Assembly (NCBI GenBank): GCA_973895155.1
Contig: OZ316892.1
Coordinates: 7,733,251-7,797,250 of the forward strand
DNA: 64,000 nt
Direction of reading: 5' to 3'
From: Marsupella aquatica
Lineage: Eukaryota; Plantae; Marchantiophyta
The translations under genes and the position numbers were made by a program. Positions 50,401 through 62,780 of this stretch are shown piece after piece (the stretch's first letter is position 1; every line of letters begins with the position of its first letter). The notes beneath the pieces are model-generated. The model did not search any database, was not told the origin of the DNA, and saw only the letters and a program-made list of their open reading frames with translations.

Positions 50401-51787
50401 TAGTTGTATAATCCACACATTTAAGTGGACTCTCAAGTGGAGACAAAAATTGATGTGATGCCCAGATGGAAAAGTGAAACACTCATGGACAAAAAACACA
50501 TTGAAAATTATTAGCATAGTTAGCACAAATTACAATCATATTCCAAAGAGGACATGAAAATGTGCATTTGACTGGTGATAGAAGGTTCTCAACTCATCCT
50601 CAATCATGTCCTCAATCGAATCCTCTGGTATTGTGTCCATGCAGCAAACAGTCCTCCATTCTCATTCAACTGAAGGTGTTGGCGGGTTGTGTTGTGTATA
50701 CATATTAACCTCATACACGTCCATATTGATCATGACATTGAAAGGTTAGTACCCAGAGTATCATGACATGCACTATATGTAAAGTTCCTGTGTCCATCTA
50801 AGTAGGAGTGTGAAGGAATGCACATTGTGGGAAAATGCTTGACAGACAACATCCAAAGAAAAAGGAAAATCAACCAACACCAACCTAATTTCTGCAGTAT
50901 GAAAAAGCTAGATGAGGGCATAGCTAGACTTTCAAGGAAGGGCACAACAAATCAGAAAACCAAACATATTAAACTCTTTAAACCTTACTCTATACTTGAT
51001 GATATCTTGCAATGTGAGCGTCATTGAAGACTCTTTCAAAAACTTTTCTATGAATTCTAAGCAAGAAAGGTTTTATCAAGCGCTCAGGGAGAAATTGAAA
51101 AGTAACTAGTTTTTCCTCACAACATACCTGCCTAGAGTTTCAACTCAAAGGGTAATCTAATTTGGAATTTTGTGAGCTCTTCAATCTGGTCTTCAACACT
51201 TGATAAAATGTGGCAATGATAGGCTTATTGGAAAAATCTCTCAAAAAGGCTTCTAAGAATTCTAAGCATGAAATTAATGTTTCCTCGAGAGATCAGGGAG
51301 AACTTAAAATTGGTTTTTGTTGGTACCATACCTAGATTTTCAAGGAAAGGCAAATAATTTTAGAAAATTGTAATTTCTTGATTGTAACAATGTTAGGCTC
51401 AATGGAAAGCTCTTTAGAAAAATGTTTCTAAGTAAGCATTCTAAGCACATGCTGACCGACCAAACGAGAAGTGTGACCACCAAACGAGAAATGTGTTTTG
51501 ATTTTGTGGAAAATGGCAAAAATATCTTAAATTGATATCAAAAACACAAATTTGGGGATGAATGCAAAATTGGATCCAACATCGGATTCCAAGTTGAGAT
51601 ACTTTTTGACAAAAAATGGCAAATCATTAAAATCTCTGATTTTATAACAATTGATCCTTAAAATGTTTGTCATACAGAAAACCCATAAAACAATGATTCA
51701 CAAGTCCTATCTCCGCACGCTAAATCAATTCGCCCGACAAAATGTCAAAAACATGAATCTCCGTTTGGCAAGAAAAACATTCAAACC

Positions 51788-52830
51788 AAAATGGGATACG
51801 CCGTACATCCCATTTCAGATTAATTTGTTGAAAATCAAACAAACACACGCTAAGTTGATCAGTTGGCGCTGTAAGTTACCATAACGATTAAACTAGATTT
51901 GAATATTTATCAAAGGTAAAATAACGTACTGCAGAAAATGCACTCATGACCATGGTCAATCTACGCAGTCAGTTAAGTTAACCCAAGCACATGTTTGGAC
52001 ATACTCTAGACCCTTTATTTCTCAATCGCCACCCTCCATCTAACAAATTATAGGGTGTGAATACTAACACGGATCCATGGATTCCATTTCTCAAGTCCCA
52101 AAACAACTCAACCAAAAGCAAGGGTGAATACTAAATGGGATCGATCCATGGATCCCATTTGGTATTCAACCTTACAAATTTTCCCTTGTCGCACCCCCGC
52201 ACCATGATATCAATGTTTGAATACCAATCAAGATCCGTGGATCCCATTCTCCGATCCAAGTCAAGAAAAGGACAATTTTGTATTCCTCCTTTCTCTCAAA
52301 CATCAATTTCTTTCTCTTTTAGAGAATTTTATGGACCAATGAGCGGGTGCCATGTGGACACCTTGCCCTTGCCACACCTCGCTCCTCGATATTCAAATTT
52401 GGATACCAAAACGGATCCATGGATCCCATTTTTTCCCAAGTCCAAAAAAAACTCAACAGAAACTGAGAATGAATACCCAATGGGATCCCATTTTTTTCCC
52501 AAGTCCAAAAAAAACTCAACAGAAACTGAGGATGAATACCAAATGGGATCCATGAAATTCACCTGCCAAAATTCACCGCATATCCCACTTCGCATTCCAC
52601 ATTGAATTTTCTATCTTTTGATTCTAAAATGAGAGTTATATGTCAGGTGAATCCAAAGTGGGATACGCGGTATCCCATTTCACATTCAACCTTGAATTTC
52701 CTGCATTTCCACCTAAATGCTTCATATGCATTCAACCTCATTTTCTCACGTTTTGTTATACCAAAACTGGCTATTTGAAGATTGAATCCCAAATGGGATA
52801 TGCCGTATCCCATTTGGGATTCATCCTCAT
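51788..52830. repeat. Region of palindromic words (TGGGATA-CGCG-TATCCCA; GGATCCATGGATCC) with a 61-bp tandem duplication
   Basis: Palindromes at about 51790, 52071, 52136, 52231, 52413, 52659 and 52791. Duplication at about 52420-52552. Confidence 0.7.
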
Positions 52831-53518
52831 CATTTCCACAAAGACATATCATTCTCACCTATTCATCGAATCTGATTCGGGGGGATATGAATTTGCATAG
52901 AGAGTGTGGATTCCTTGGGAGCAAGAAGCTCGGGGGTCTCACTATATGGAGGACCCCCCATCACCTGCGACGTTTTCATGCCTAGACCCCCATACTTATT
53001 AAGTTGAAATTTTTTTTCCTCTCCCTTTCTTTCTTCTAAGAGTCTAAAATCCAATTTGTATTGCCCCTATAATTTGTGAAGTAAAGTGTCACATATCAAT
53101 AAAAAATGCCTAGAAAGAAAAGATAAGTCTGTGCCAGTACCTTGTGAAGTCGTATGTCAAACATGGCAAGCCCTGCAACAGTTCTTGCACCTTTTTCGAC
53201 CTCAAACTTTCATCATTTCAATGCATCATTTATATTGTGTACCTAAAGGTCATCCCAATATTGTGTACATAAGTGGGATGGCCTTTAAGGTCACAACATG
53301 AATAATCCATTTCATCAACAATCAATTTGAAACCAATCACATACTCCATCCATACTCCATTGAAAACTTCTGCTGAGAGATGTAACATGTGACGGAGGGG
53401 AATTGAACTCCTAATTGAGAAAGGATCTCAAGTTGCCAATCCGTCACCCCCTATCCTATCCCACTACACCCACTAATATAAACAAAACAAAATATAAATA
53501 CTCTCAAAAAGTAAACAT

Positions 53519-56500
53519 TCATACCATTGTTTGAAGATACTGATCCAATGCACGTCTATCTATTGGATCCAACACATAGATACGATCCATAACCCCTTCT
53601 TTCATGGTTAAGCTAACACTAGCAATGACCATTTCAATATCTATCCATTTCAAATCAGTGGTATCATATCTGAATTCACTTTTGCTCTTACCAATAGGAC
53701 TATACCAATTTAACAACAGTTCACAAATGCTACCTGATTGCCCTGCAAGTGGAGTGGGCCTATCCATCAAATCAATTGGTGTCCGACAATTGCCCCACCT
53801 ACTACCATACTTTTGTCTCATTTGGACAATCCGACCCAACCAAAAATATTTATTACCTATTGAGATTGCCTCCACCGCAGCCTTATTCTTTCCTCCCTTT
53901 TTTTTCCAGATCTAGTACTTGGAGCAGGATTATCATCAGACTCAAATGCAATTGCACAATCAGTGCCAACATCAACAAAACATGAGTTAGGATTGGCTTC
54001 TTGCACTTTTCTCTTGCCAGTACTGTAGTATAGCACTTGTTTCACCCTTGTCAGCCTATCTTTTGACAAATGTGGATTGCCTACCAGCTGGCTTACCAGA
54101 GTGGATTTGTAAATTACCTTGCCTTCATAAGTAACAGTAGGCACTACCTTGGTACGATTTTGCACATTAGTTACAGCATGGACAACTGATCCAAACACAT
54201 GCCGAACTTCATGGCCTAATGTCTCAAGCTCATCTGTGGGGTCTACATCAAACTGTATATCATCTATGTGTACATCATCTGAATGCATGTCAGGAATAAC
54301 AATGGGATCTAGTTCTGTTAACCATGCATCTATTCTATTCAGATCATCCTCAGGATCTTCCAATTCATGAAATTCTCCAGTTGGGCGAGGGCCTATGTCT
54401 GGTGGTTGGTGCTCTACTTGCTCCTCAAAATCATTGCAAACAACTGCTTCCTTCAGAACCACCTCTAGTGGCCAGGTCTCACTTTCCACAACCCAAGGAC
54501 ATGTCCACCATCTCTTTCTAGCTGCTGGTAAGGAACTTCGTGGAGACATCTGCAATTGATGCATAAGATCCTTAGCAGCAACAAAACCTTCTTTAAGGGC
54601 TGCAACCACTAATTCATTAGTCTCAATGAGAGAATAGTCAAGTAGATTTGGTGCTTCCTCCCCTTCCCCTATAGGATGAATCTTCCCCCATACATGATCT
54701 TGCTTCTTATGTGAACGACTTATCTTCAAGCCTTTTGGTCCATATTCCAGGGCAGCAAGCTGGTTCAGTCCAACAGCACTATCCAACAGAGAGCCAAAAT
54801 CATAATTTCGCTCATGGCCACTCATGCCTCCTACCTTGCTGAAGAAAATCTCACAACAATCCAAACCTAACAAGTGAAAGGGAACACCTAGATGTGGGAA
54901 CTTATCTCGAAAGGCACAAATTAATAGCACAATGAAATGACATGACATGTTAACATCATGAAAGGCCTGAATAAACATCATGTCTTTCTCAGTGTGTGCT
55001 GCAAAGTTCCCACCCATTGAATGGTCACCAAACCTCAACCACAATCTCCACAAACGTAGAAAGAACGAAACCTTGGATGCTAACACAATACGGGACCTCA
55101 AGTCATGAACTAGAGAAAAGAAAATATCTAAGTAATCTGCACAAATCTCCAAGTACAACTGAGTTCCTAAACTTCGTTCATGTCGTACATCTCTCCTCTC
55201 ATACATATCTTTCAGACATTGCTGCACTCTTCTTGCTGCTATTTGTTGTGGACCTGCCCAATTCCGCCGGTCAGTCCTATTCACATCATCCCAAGCCATG
55301 CCATGTTCATGAATTGGATAATGATTGTAGACATTAGCTACATAAGATAAAGATGCATGTTGATCTCCTAGCACCAGTAAAGAAGACACTCTATCTAAGG
55401 GGTTTATCATCTTTTTCCCATTATGAGGTTGGTCTTGGTCACCAAAGCCATACAAATCCCCTTGGTAGAATTGAAACAGAGTAAGCCCACCCTTCCCACC
55501 CAACTCCGTACCTTGGGTATGATCCATTCTGCCCTCTGTAATCTTCCAACATCAACATTCGGCGACGTGCATCACCATCACTAGCATGTCCAAGCAAAGG
55601 GCCTACCATAGCTCTACAATATTCATCCCAAAAAGCCTTTAACTGGACCCAATGCTCTCGTACCCAAGAAGTTGTGAACTTATTACAAGTTGGAAGTGCA
55701 CACACAGCCAATTTAGGTAAGGACTCATGCAGAGGATTCACAATCACAACTCGAGCATACATGCACTTGGGGCATTGTTCAAATGTACTTACAATTTTAT
55801 CATACCCCTCATCACCTTCACCAACTAGAATTTCCAAACCATAGGAGCATACATGCTGCTCTGAAGGTCCACAAAAACCAATGAGAGTATCATACTTTGC
55901 CTCCCACTTGAAACACAGACATGCAATTTTTCAATATCAGAGCAATTCCAGCCAAGTGCTACTTGTAAAGTCATTAAAAAAACAATTGGAAAAATGTCCA
56001 GTTCCAATTACCTAGGGCGTTCTTTGATCCTTGTTTCATCCTCAGCAAAGATAACAGGCACATCCCCCTCAATGCCCAATGAGTGCTTTGCAGCAGACAA
56101 CACTCTAGCAATCTCCTGAAAGGTTTCCTTCCGTAACCCAGTTCGAAAAGGTGTGAGTTTTGCTCTATCACGTTTTAGGGTCACAAGGCTAGGGGCTGTC
56201 AAGTTTCCTGCAAAACAATGAGCAACTTGATGGCCCCCAAATTGGAACATAGCCTGAGCAATAGCTCGAGTCCTATTACTGTAACGATTACCTTTTGGCT
56301 TCCTGCCTAAATTGCGAGCTACATCCTTCAAGAAATCCCACAAACCCTCCTTACCACCAAATGCACCATTCTTGTGTCCATTCAAAATACTCCTAAGAAA
56401 CAATCTCAAATCCTTCCTGTCTGTTGCAACTCCTAACAACTCCTCTAGTTTTCTTTTCCTGGTGCTCAAGGCACATACTTTCTGAGCCTGCAAAGCTAAC

Positions 56501-58095
56501 AACCAACGCTCTTTTCGTCGCACAGAGTTCAGCTTGTGCACTTGATCTCTTAACTCTAGGTTGGTCAAATAATCCAATCGTATACCACCAGCAGTGGTTC
56601 GGCTCCCTCTGTGGACTATTGCTTCCGCTTCCCTGTGCACCCGTCCACAAAAATCATCTTCTAGTGTTATAGAATCACATTCACTACAAGTTAGATTTTC
56701 AAATCCTCCTCCATTCTGTGATAACCTCAAGCAATCCTTGTGTCTAAAACAGCCTGCTATACTCACAACACAGTCTCTTCTTGGATGGAAAACATCCAAG
56801 CAACAACTTGGCTCGCAATGCCATGTAATTCCCCCAGACTGATCATCCAAAATGCCGGAAATATCATAAGATATACCCTTCCATATATAACACTCGAGGC
56901 ACACCTCTCTCTACCCATAATCCCTAGCAAAGCAAACTCAGACCAAGATCAACAGATTCACACACACCTGAACCTGAACCTGAACTGCTGCCTGTTCGGG
57001 ACCCATCATCTTTAAAGAACTTCAAAATCCCGCTCTGACCAGGATGTAGGTCCCTAGAATCAGTCCTCTTTGGCCGCCCCTCTTCCCAGACCTCAAGGCA
57101 AGCATTTTTGTGTCATGCCTCATCTCCAATGCATCCAAGTGATCTCGACTCACTAAGTGTGTCCTCAAATTGGGCTCCAAGGTAAGCTTCTTGGGGCACA
57201 AGTCAGTGTGAAGCATTCCATAGACAGTACAGCGAACCTTAAATAGGAAAGACCTGTTTGCATACTTAGGAGTACTGGGATCAGGAACAATAGAGAATAG
57301 TTTGCCATCATCCCCAAGCTCCGCATTCAATCGCTGAACTATCTCAACGCCTACTTTGATGGCGTCTGCATGATCATATTCTGGCTTCTCAGAGATGTCT
57401 GCTACCTGAACCAAAGTAGAAGGAATGCCCCTTCTCCGACAATAGTTATCCTTGTGCTTATTGAAGACCAAGTGTTTGGTCTTAAAATTACTAAAGCAAT
57501 TGGAGATGGATTTAGGGTTCTGAGAGTTGTCTGCATTGCCATAAGTTTCCCTACATTCAAGACACTCCAGATGCCCTCGAACATCTGTCCCCTCATCCCA
57601 GGTACGAATTCTCCAATTGTGATCACCATAACCCTTCTTATGTGCCCATTTCTCTAACCTCATCCACTCATCTTTCCATAGCTTTGATGGAACATCTCCC
57701 ATCAATTGTGACTCAAAAGAAGCCCTTACAGGGGAGGGTGCTGGTGCTGTTGGCCCCAGTTGTGGTGTCCCAGTATTCGGACCCAATGATGTAGGAGTGC
57801 AAGGATGACAGGGTACTGGTGGGATCCTCCCACCATCTCCAAGTTCTTGTTGTACAACAATAACTCTTCCATCCAGCTCAGACAGATCAATTAATTTCTC
57901 ATGTACAGGTTTCACTCGACCAGGAAGTCTCTCATCCCAAAAATCAAAGTCAAAGTCTAGAGTAGAGCCAATACGAGCCCTAAAATCATGTAGGGTGTGT
58001 CCTTCTTTGAATGACAAAACACAGATTGGTAAATCAGCCTTGTCATCCCCAACTTTGCGTATTAATTTCATAGAGTTGGGTTTAGGGGCTGCCAT
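53519..58095 (-). pseudogene. Large P-like DDE transposase with N-terminal zinc-finger-like motifs, broken by several frameshifts and stops
   Basis: ORFs 57022-58182, 56008-56904, 55439-55837, 53857-55527 and 53519-53875 chain together. Motifs FAEDETRIK (D1), HASDGDARRR (D2), DQPHNGKKMINPL (DxxH) and DCCEIFFSKVGG (E). CLEC...H..H and C..(C)...HLVSRDH fingers lie upstream. Confidence 0.75.
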
Positions 58096-58593
58096 TGCAA
58101 TACAAATCCAGAACATGCATAGCACAATTGCTTTTGGAGTCGATAACAAAAAGACCTGCACAAATACATTTGAAATACACACAATGCAAACACATTAGGA
58201 TCTTCAAGAGATGCAATGACAACATACACATTCCCATGTAATATACATACTGTCAGCATACTTTTAACAAAAGAAGTGCTAATAGGCCAAAACACTTTAT
58301 AATGCAATCCATCATACATGCAAATGTATTCAGTGAAAATCATGATATACCGTTAAAGTTGGATAAAATATCTTTGGACAAAATATCCTTTTCGCCTGGT
58401 TTTCTAACAGTTCCCGAGGTTTAGTGCTTCTGCTCATCAAAATGCAGCACTATTAGTGACCTTAATTATGACAAAATGTCAACACTAATAAAATTGGGTA
58501 CTACCACCCATGATGCAGCTTAAGTATTTGCCTTGCTCATACCCCACTACGACGTTGAAACCTAAGTAATAGGTTTGTTCATTATTCAGATCA

Positions 58594-59265
58594 CTAGAGC
58601 CATGAAATGTGGTCCCTGATTGGAGTCTTGAGGTGTGGATCAATAGGATGACAGGGGCAATAAAACATCTGTCGCTGTTGTCCATGTGCTTCATGTTCCC
58701 AGATGTCCCTATCATGAGCAAACCCTTTGCTTTTGATCATCTGAAGACAATCTGTATGCCAGGCATTTGGGCATCGTAGACATTGTACCATGTTCTTGAC
58801 CATCTGACCCTCAAGACTCTGATAACATGTCACACATGTATGTAGTGGGCAGGACTTTGCATCGGCTACCAGACACCCAAAGCAATAAAATCGTACACAA
58901 AAACGATCAGAGCATTTTCGCACAATTGTAGGTGACAGTCCCACAGTGCGGCACCCATAACACATGGCCTGGTCCTGGTTACAATTTGGGCAAAACCATG
59001 GCTTCCCTCCATGATGGAGGGGAAGGACTACACAGGGGCAAGAGTCATTAGGGGCTTCATCTCCAACCACATAATGAAATTGCCTGTGACATGGCCCATC
59101 ACAAATTACCAACTTCCCACCATGCTCACAAATTGCACAAACATGAGGGCTAGTTTGTAGAATCTCTTGCTCAGAGAACAACGGAATACGCAATACCTCT
59201 TCTAAAGAGGCTCCTTTGTCAGAGGACTGTGTTGCTTTCTTCATGTTTGAATTCCTTGTCGGCAT
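58594..59265 (-). CDS. Tandem PHD / Cys-His-rich protein resembling the EDM2/NSD PHD module; transposon cargo
   Basis: CAICEHGGKLVICDGPCHRQFH, WFCPNC, CYGC, CSDRFCVRFY, CPLHTCVTC, CLRCPNAWHTDC and FYCPCHPIDPHLKTPIRDHISW, in an uninterrupted ORF. Confidence 0.8.
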   Translation of the reverse strand: MPTRNSNMKKATQSSDKGASLEEVLRIPLFSEQEILQTSPHVCAICEHGGKLVICDGPCHRQFHYVVGDEAPNDSCPCVVLPLHHGGKPWFCPNCNQDQAMCYGCRTVGLSPTIVRKCSDRFCVRFYCFGCLVADAKSCPLHTCVTCYQSLEGQMVKNMVQCLRCPNAWHTDCLQMIKSKGFAHDRDIWEHEAHGQQRQMFYCPCHPIDPHLKTPIRDHISWL

Positions 59266-59569
59266 GGTTACAACTGCAATCATCACAAAGCACATCACAT
59301 ATGAGGGGGACATGTATGATAGTCGGCAATCCATAGACAAAGATAAGGTTAATCATAGCACCTGCTCCAACGATCTGCAAACCTTCCTCCCAGATGAAGT
59401 CAACTACACAGTGCAACCTGAACACAGACCAACCAAGACATACATAAATACAATGCCAGCTTGCGAAACTTGCCACATAATGGGAATGAAAAATATTCTC
59501 ATATATCATGGATGGTACAATTGCAGCCTTGCAAACAAAGGCCTAGTCATATATGAACAACGCATCCAT

Positions 59570-59800
59570 GTACTATCAGGGACTACAATGTCAAGCATCC
59601 ATGGGCTGTAACCTTAGCTTGATCTGGAATACTATCTGGGGCTACAATATCAAGCTCAGTTATATGTGGAATACGTACTATCAGGGACTACAATGTCAAG
59701 CATCCATGGGTTGTAACCTTAGCTTGATCTGGAATACTATCTGGGGCTACAATATCAAGCTCAGTTATATGTGGAATACTATCAGGGACTACAATGTCAA
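59570..59800. repeat. Near-perfect tandem duplication of about 106 bp plus a partial third copy
   Basis: TACTATCAGGGACTACAATGTCAAGC... at about 59571, 59676 and 59777. Confidence 0.85.
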
Positions 59801-60086
59801 GCGTGTCTGGGATGACAATCTTGCGTAAAAGACACTCATTTTGAGGCCAAATGGTTGGCCTTATACAAGAGCACTTCCAGCGGCGTGTGACAACTTTGCC
59901 GTTCTTTGCCATGTATGTCCTAGTAACAAGTCTTCCGCGCATTTTCAAGCAAAAGCAATGGAACCATTCAAAATTGCCATTGCCAACCCTGCACTTGACA
60001 CAGGATTCACACCAGCAGCATTCGTCTAGATGCTGCAAAAGGAGCTTCTCATAATTCTCCTCTAGGGTAATCTTCAATATAGCCAT
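59688..60086 (-). CDS. Small Cys-rich ORF of unknown function inside the P-like element
   Basis: ECCWCESCVKC...FHCFC...WKCSC. The 3-prime end runs into the tandem duplication. Confidence 0.3.
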   Translation of the reverse strand: MAILKITLEENYEKLLLQHLDECCWCESCVKCRVGNGNFEWFHCFCLKMRGRLVTRTYMAKNGKVVTRRWKCSCIRPTIWPQNECLLRKIVIPDTLDIVVPDSIPHITELDIVAPDSIPDQAKVTTHGCLTL

Positions 60087-60699
60087 GACAGTGTTTTTTG
60101 TAATGATGAATTAACAATGTCTACAAGTAATCAGAATGGGGCAACACCTCAACTGCCTCTGCGTTCGACAGACCTAAAGAATCTCACAACGTCTCCAGGC
60201 ACCACACTTCAAAAAGAGTTTGATCCGCCCAGCAGCTCAACATCAACTCTGGTGAATAGAAGCAACATTGCCCACATGTCAAAATTAACTTCATGGACTA
60301 CATTAGAATTCCCCTACTACATTTGAAGCTAAATAAACTTCTGCACGACTAGAAATGGTTGAAGTCATGGATGGAAATGACAGACCTAAAATTTAATACC
60401 AGCACAGGTCCCGTACTATACCTCAACTCAACATTTTAGCAGAGGTTGCAGCAGCATAAAGATAGGTGCTCCTCAACAGCCCCTTGCTTTGCCTGTACCC
60501 CTGCAACTACTTGAGGGTGAACTGAATCATTCAATAAGAACTATCCAGCAGCAAGTTCTGGTCAAAATTTCCCAACATGAACACACTTTCACACAGAGAT
60601 GTGTGACCTAGTCCTTACAAAATTGATAGCTAAGCAAAACAAGTTTCGATGTAGTGTCTAGAGCCTGGTCCAGACTAGTAAGCATGCAATTTTGGGACA

Positions 60700-62780
60700 C
60701 AGTTGCCATAGAAACCTGCCCAGCTCAACCAGATTGCATCACAACTCTGAACTCGATCGCAACCCACCTCGCAGCGCAAAGTACCAGGTCAAGTAATGTA
60801 GCTCAACGTAGCTCAACAAGGGAAGCTCAGTCTCTCACCAATAGCTCTAAATCATAGCAGTTCAGCACCAGCCTCAATCGCAGCAACAATCCTCCAACAG
60901 CCTCAATCGCAACAGCAGTCCAAGAGCACTTGATTGCAGCAGCAGCGTAGCTCAGCTCCGGACCGGATTGCAGGCAATGCAACTCACAGATTGCAACACA
61001 ATGCAGCCCAGCTTAGGTCACATCCTAGTAACCAGATTGCAGCCCAACTCCCAACCCGATCGCAGCCCACCTTGTAGCCCACCTCGCAGCCCAACTGCAA
61101 CTGATTGAAAGCACTTCATCTCAATCAGCAGAAAGTGAGAAGCACAAACAAAGCAAGCAACTTACTTCCTCTTGACTAAGCCTACGATTTGGAACATGAC
61201 TTCAATCCATAGAAAGCCTGATTGTCAAAGCAAGAAATGAAGAGCACTCCCATACCAGAGTTGATAGAGCAACACTCCGTTTGAGCAAGCAGCGCAGCAC
61301 TTGCAACCCTCACAGCGAAGCACTCCGACCCTAGCTTGCCTCCCTCACAACGCAGCACTCACCTCCTTCGCAGCGCAGCACTTCCCTTGATCATAGTGCA
61401 GCACTCACCTCTGTCGCCTCCCTCGTAGCGCCTCCCTCACAACACAGCTTTGCCTCCCTTGTAGCGCCTCCCTTACAGCGTAGCTTTTGCCTCCCTTGTA
61501 GCGCCTCCCTTGTAGCGCCTCGCTCGCCTCCCTCACAGCACAACTTTCACCTCCCTCGCAATCCTCACAAAGCAATAGCTCTCGGCAGCAGTGCAGGAGT
61601 GGAACACTCAGCACTCACCATCCTCGGCTCCCTCGACTCCCTTGCAACAGCTCATGGTGCTGCGCAACACTCGCTTTGGACCACACTCCTGTTAGCAGTG
61701 CAGGCAACACTCCCTTTGGAGTTTTAAAAAAATTACCGACATTGCTATATGGTCCACCAAGCTCGGGAGCCTCTATCGATCGCTCCCAGCCTCCAGCTCG
61801 CGAGATCAGACAGCGAGCTTCCACCAAGCTCCAGCCACCAAGCTTGCGAGCCTCTATCGATCGCTCCCAGCCTCCAGCTCCCAAGCCCAGCTCGCGAGAT
61901 CAGACAGCGAAATCAAATTAGACGAGCAGCCCGATTCATAGCAGCCCACCTCGAAGCCCACCTCGCAGCCCCAACTCGCAACCACCTTGCAGCCCACCTT
62001 GCAGCCCATTATCGATCAATAGAAACTGTAGGTCAACATTGATCATAACCTACAACAGCCCGATTCATAGCACTTTGTCTGGATCAACACAAAGCAAGCA
62101 ATAAAAAGCGAGCAGCACAAACCTGATCGCCAAGAACAGCTTTAGCAACCCAAATCCATGCAGTAGCCCAGCGCTGCAAGCGCAGCTCAATGGAGCTCAG
62201 CGTAGTACGTGTAGCCCAGCTCAATGTGCACCTCAGCTCAATGCGCAGCCCAGCTCAATGCAGCCTAGCGCAGCTCAATGCAGCCCAGCGCAGCTCAGCT
62301 CTAGCTCGGATTGCAGCCCAGCTCAACCAGATTGCAGCTCAACTCTAAACTCGATCACAACCCACCTCGCAGCCCACTATCGATCAATAGAAACTGTAGC
62401 TCACATTGATCATAACCTACAGCAGCCCGATTCATAGCACTTCGTCTTGATCAATACAAAGCAAGCAGCAAAAAGCGAGCAACACAAACAAAAGAAAGGA
62501 TGATTGTTGAAGCAAGCAAGATCGAGCACTCCCATACCTGAACTGAATAGAGCAGCAACTCTTTGAGCAAGCAGGCGCGACTCCCGTTTGAGCAACCCTC
62601 ACAGTGCAGCACCCCTGTGTGTGCAAGCAGCAATGGAGCACTTCGAGCGCACCTCCCGTTCAGGCCCTGTTTCAGCAACCCTTGCAGCGCCGCGTACACT
62701 CCTATGTGTGCAAGCAGCAAGCACCAATGCAACACTCCCGTTAGCAGCGCAGCACTCCCGTTAGCAACTTAGCACTTCCC
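60700..62780. repeat. Degenerate GCAGCCCA / GCAGCACTC / CGCCTCCC tandem and block repeats in the 5-prime non-coding arm of the P-like element
   Basis: Blocks at about 61925-62125 and 62360-62480 are near copies, and there are many 11-20-bp units. Confidence 0.75.
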
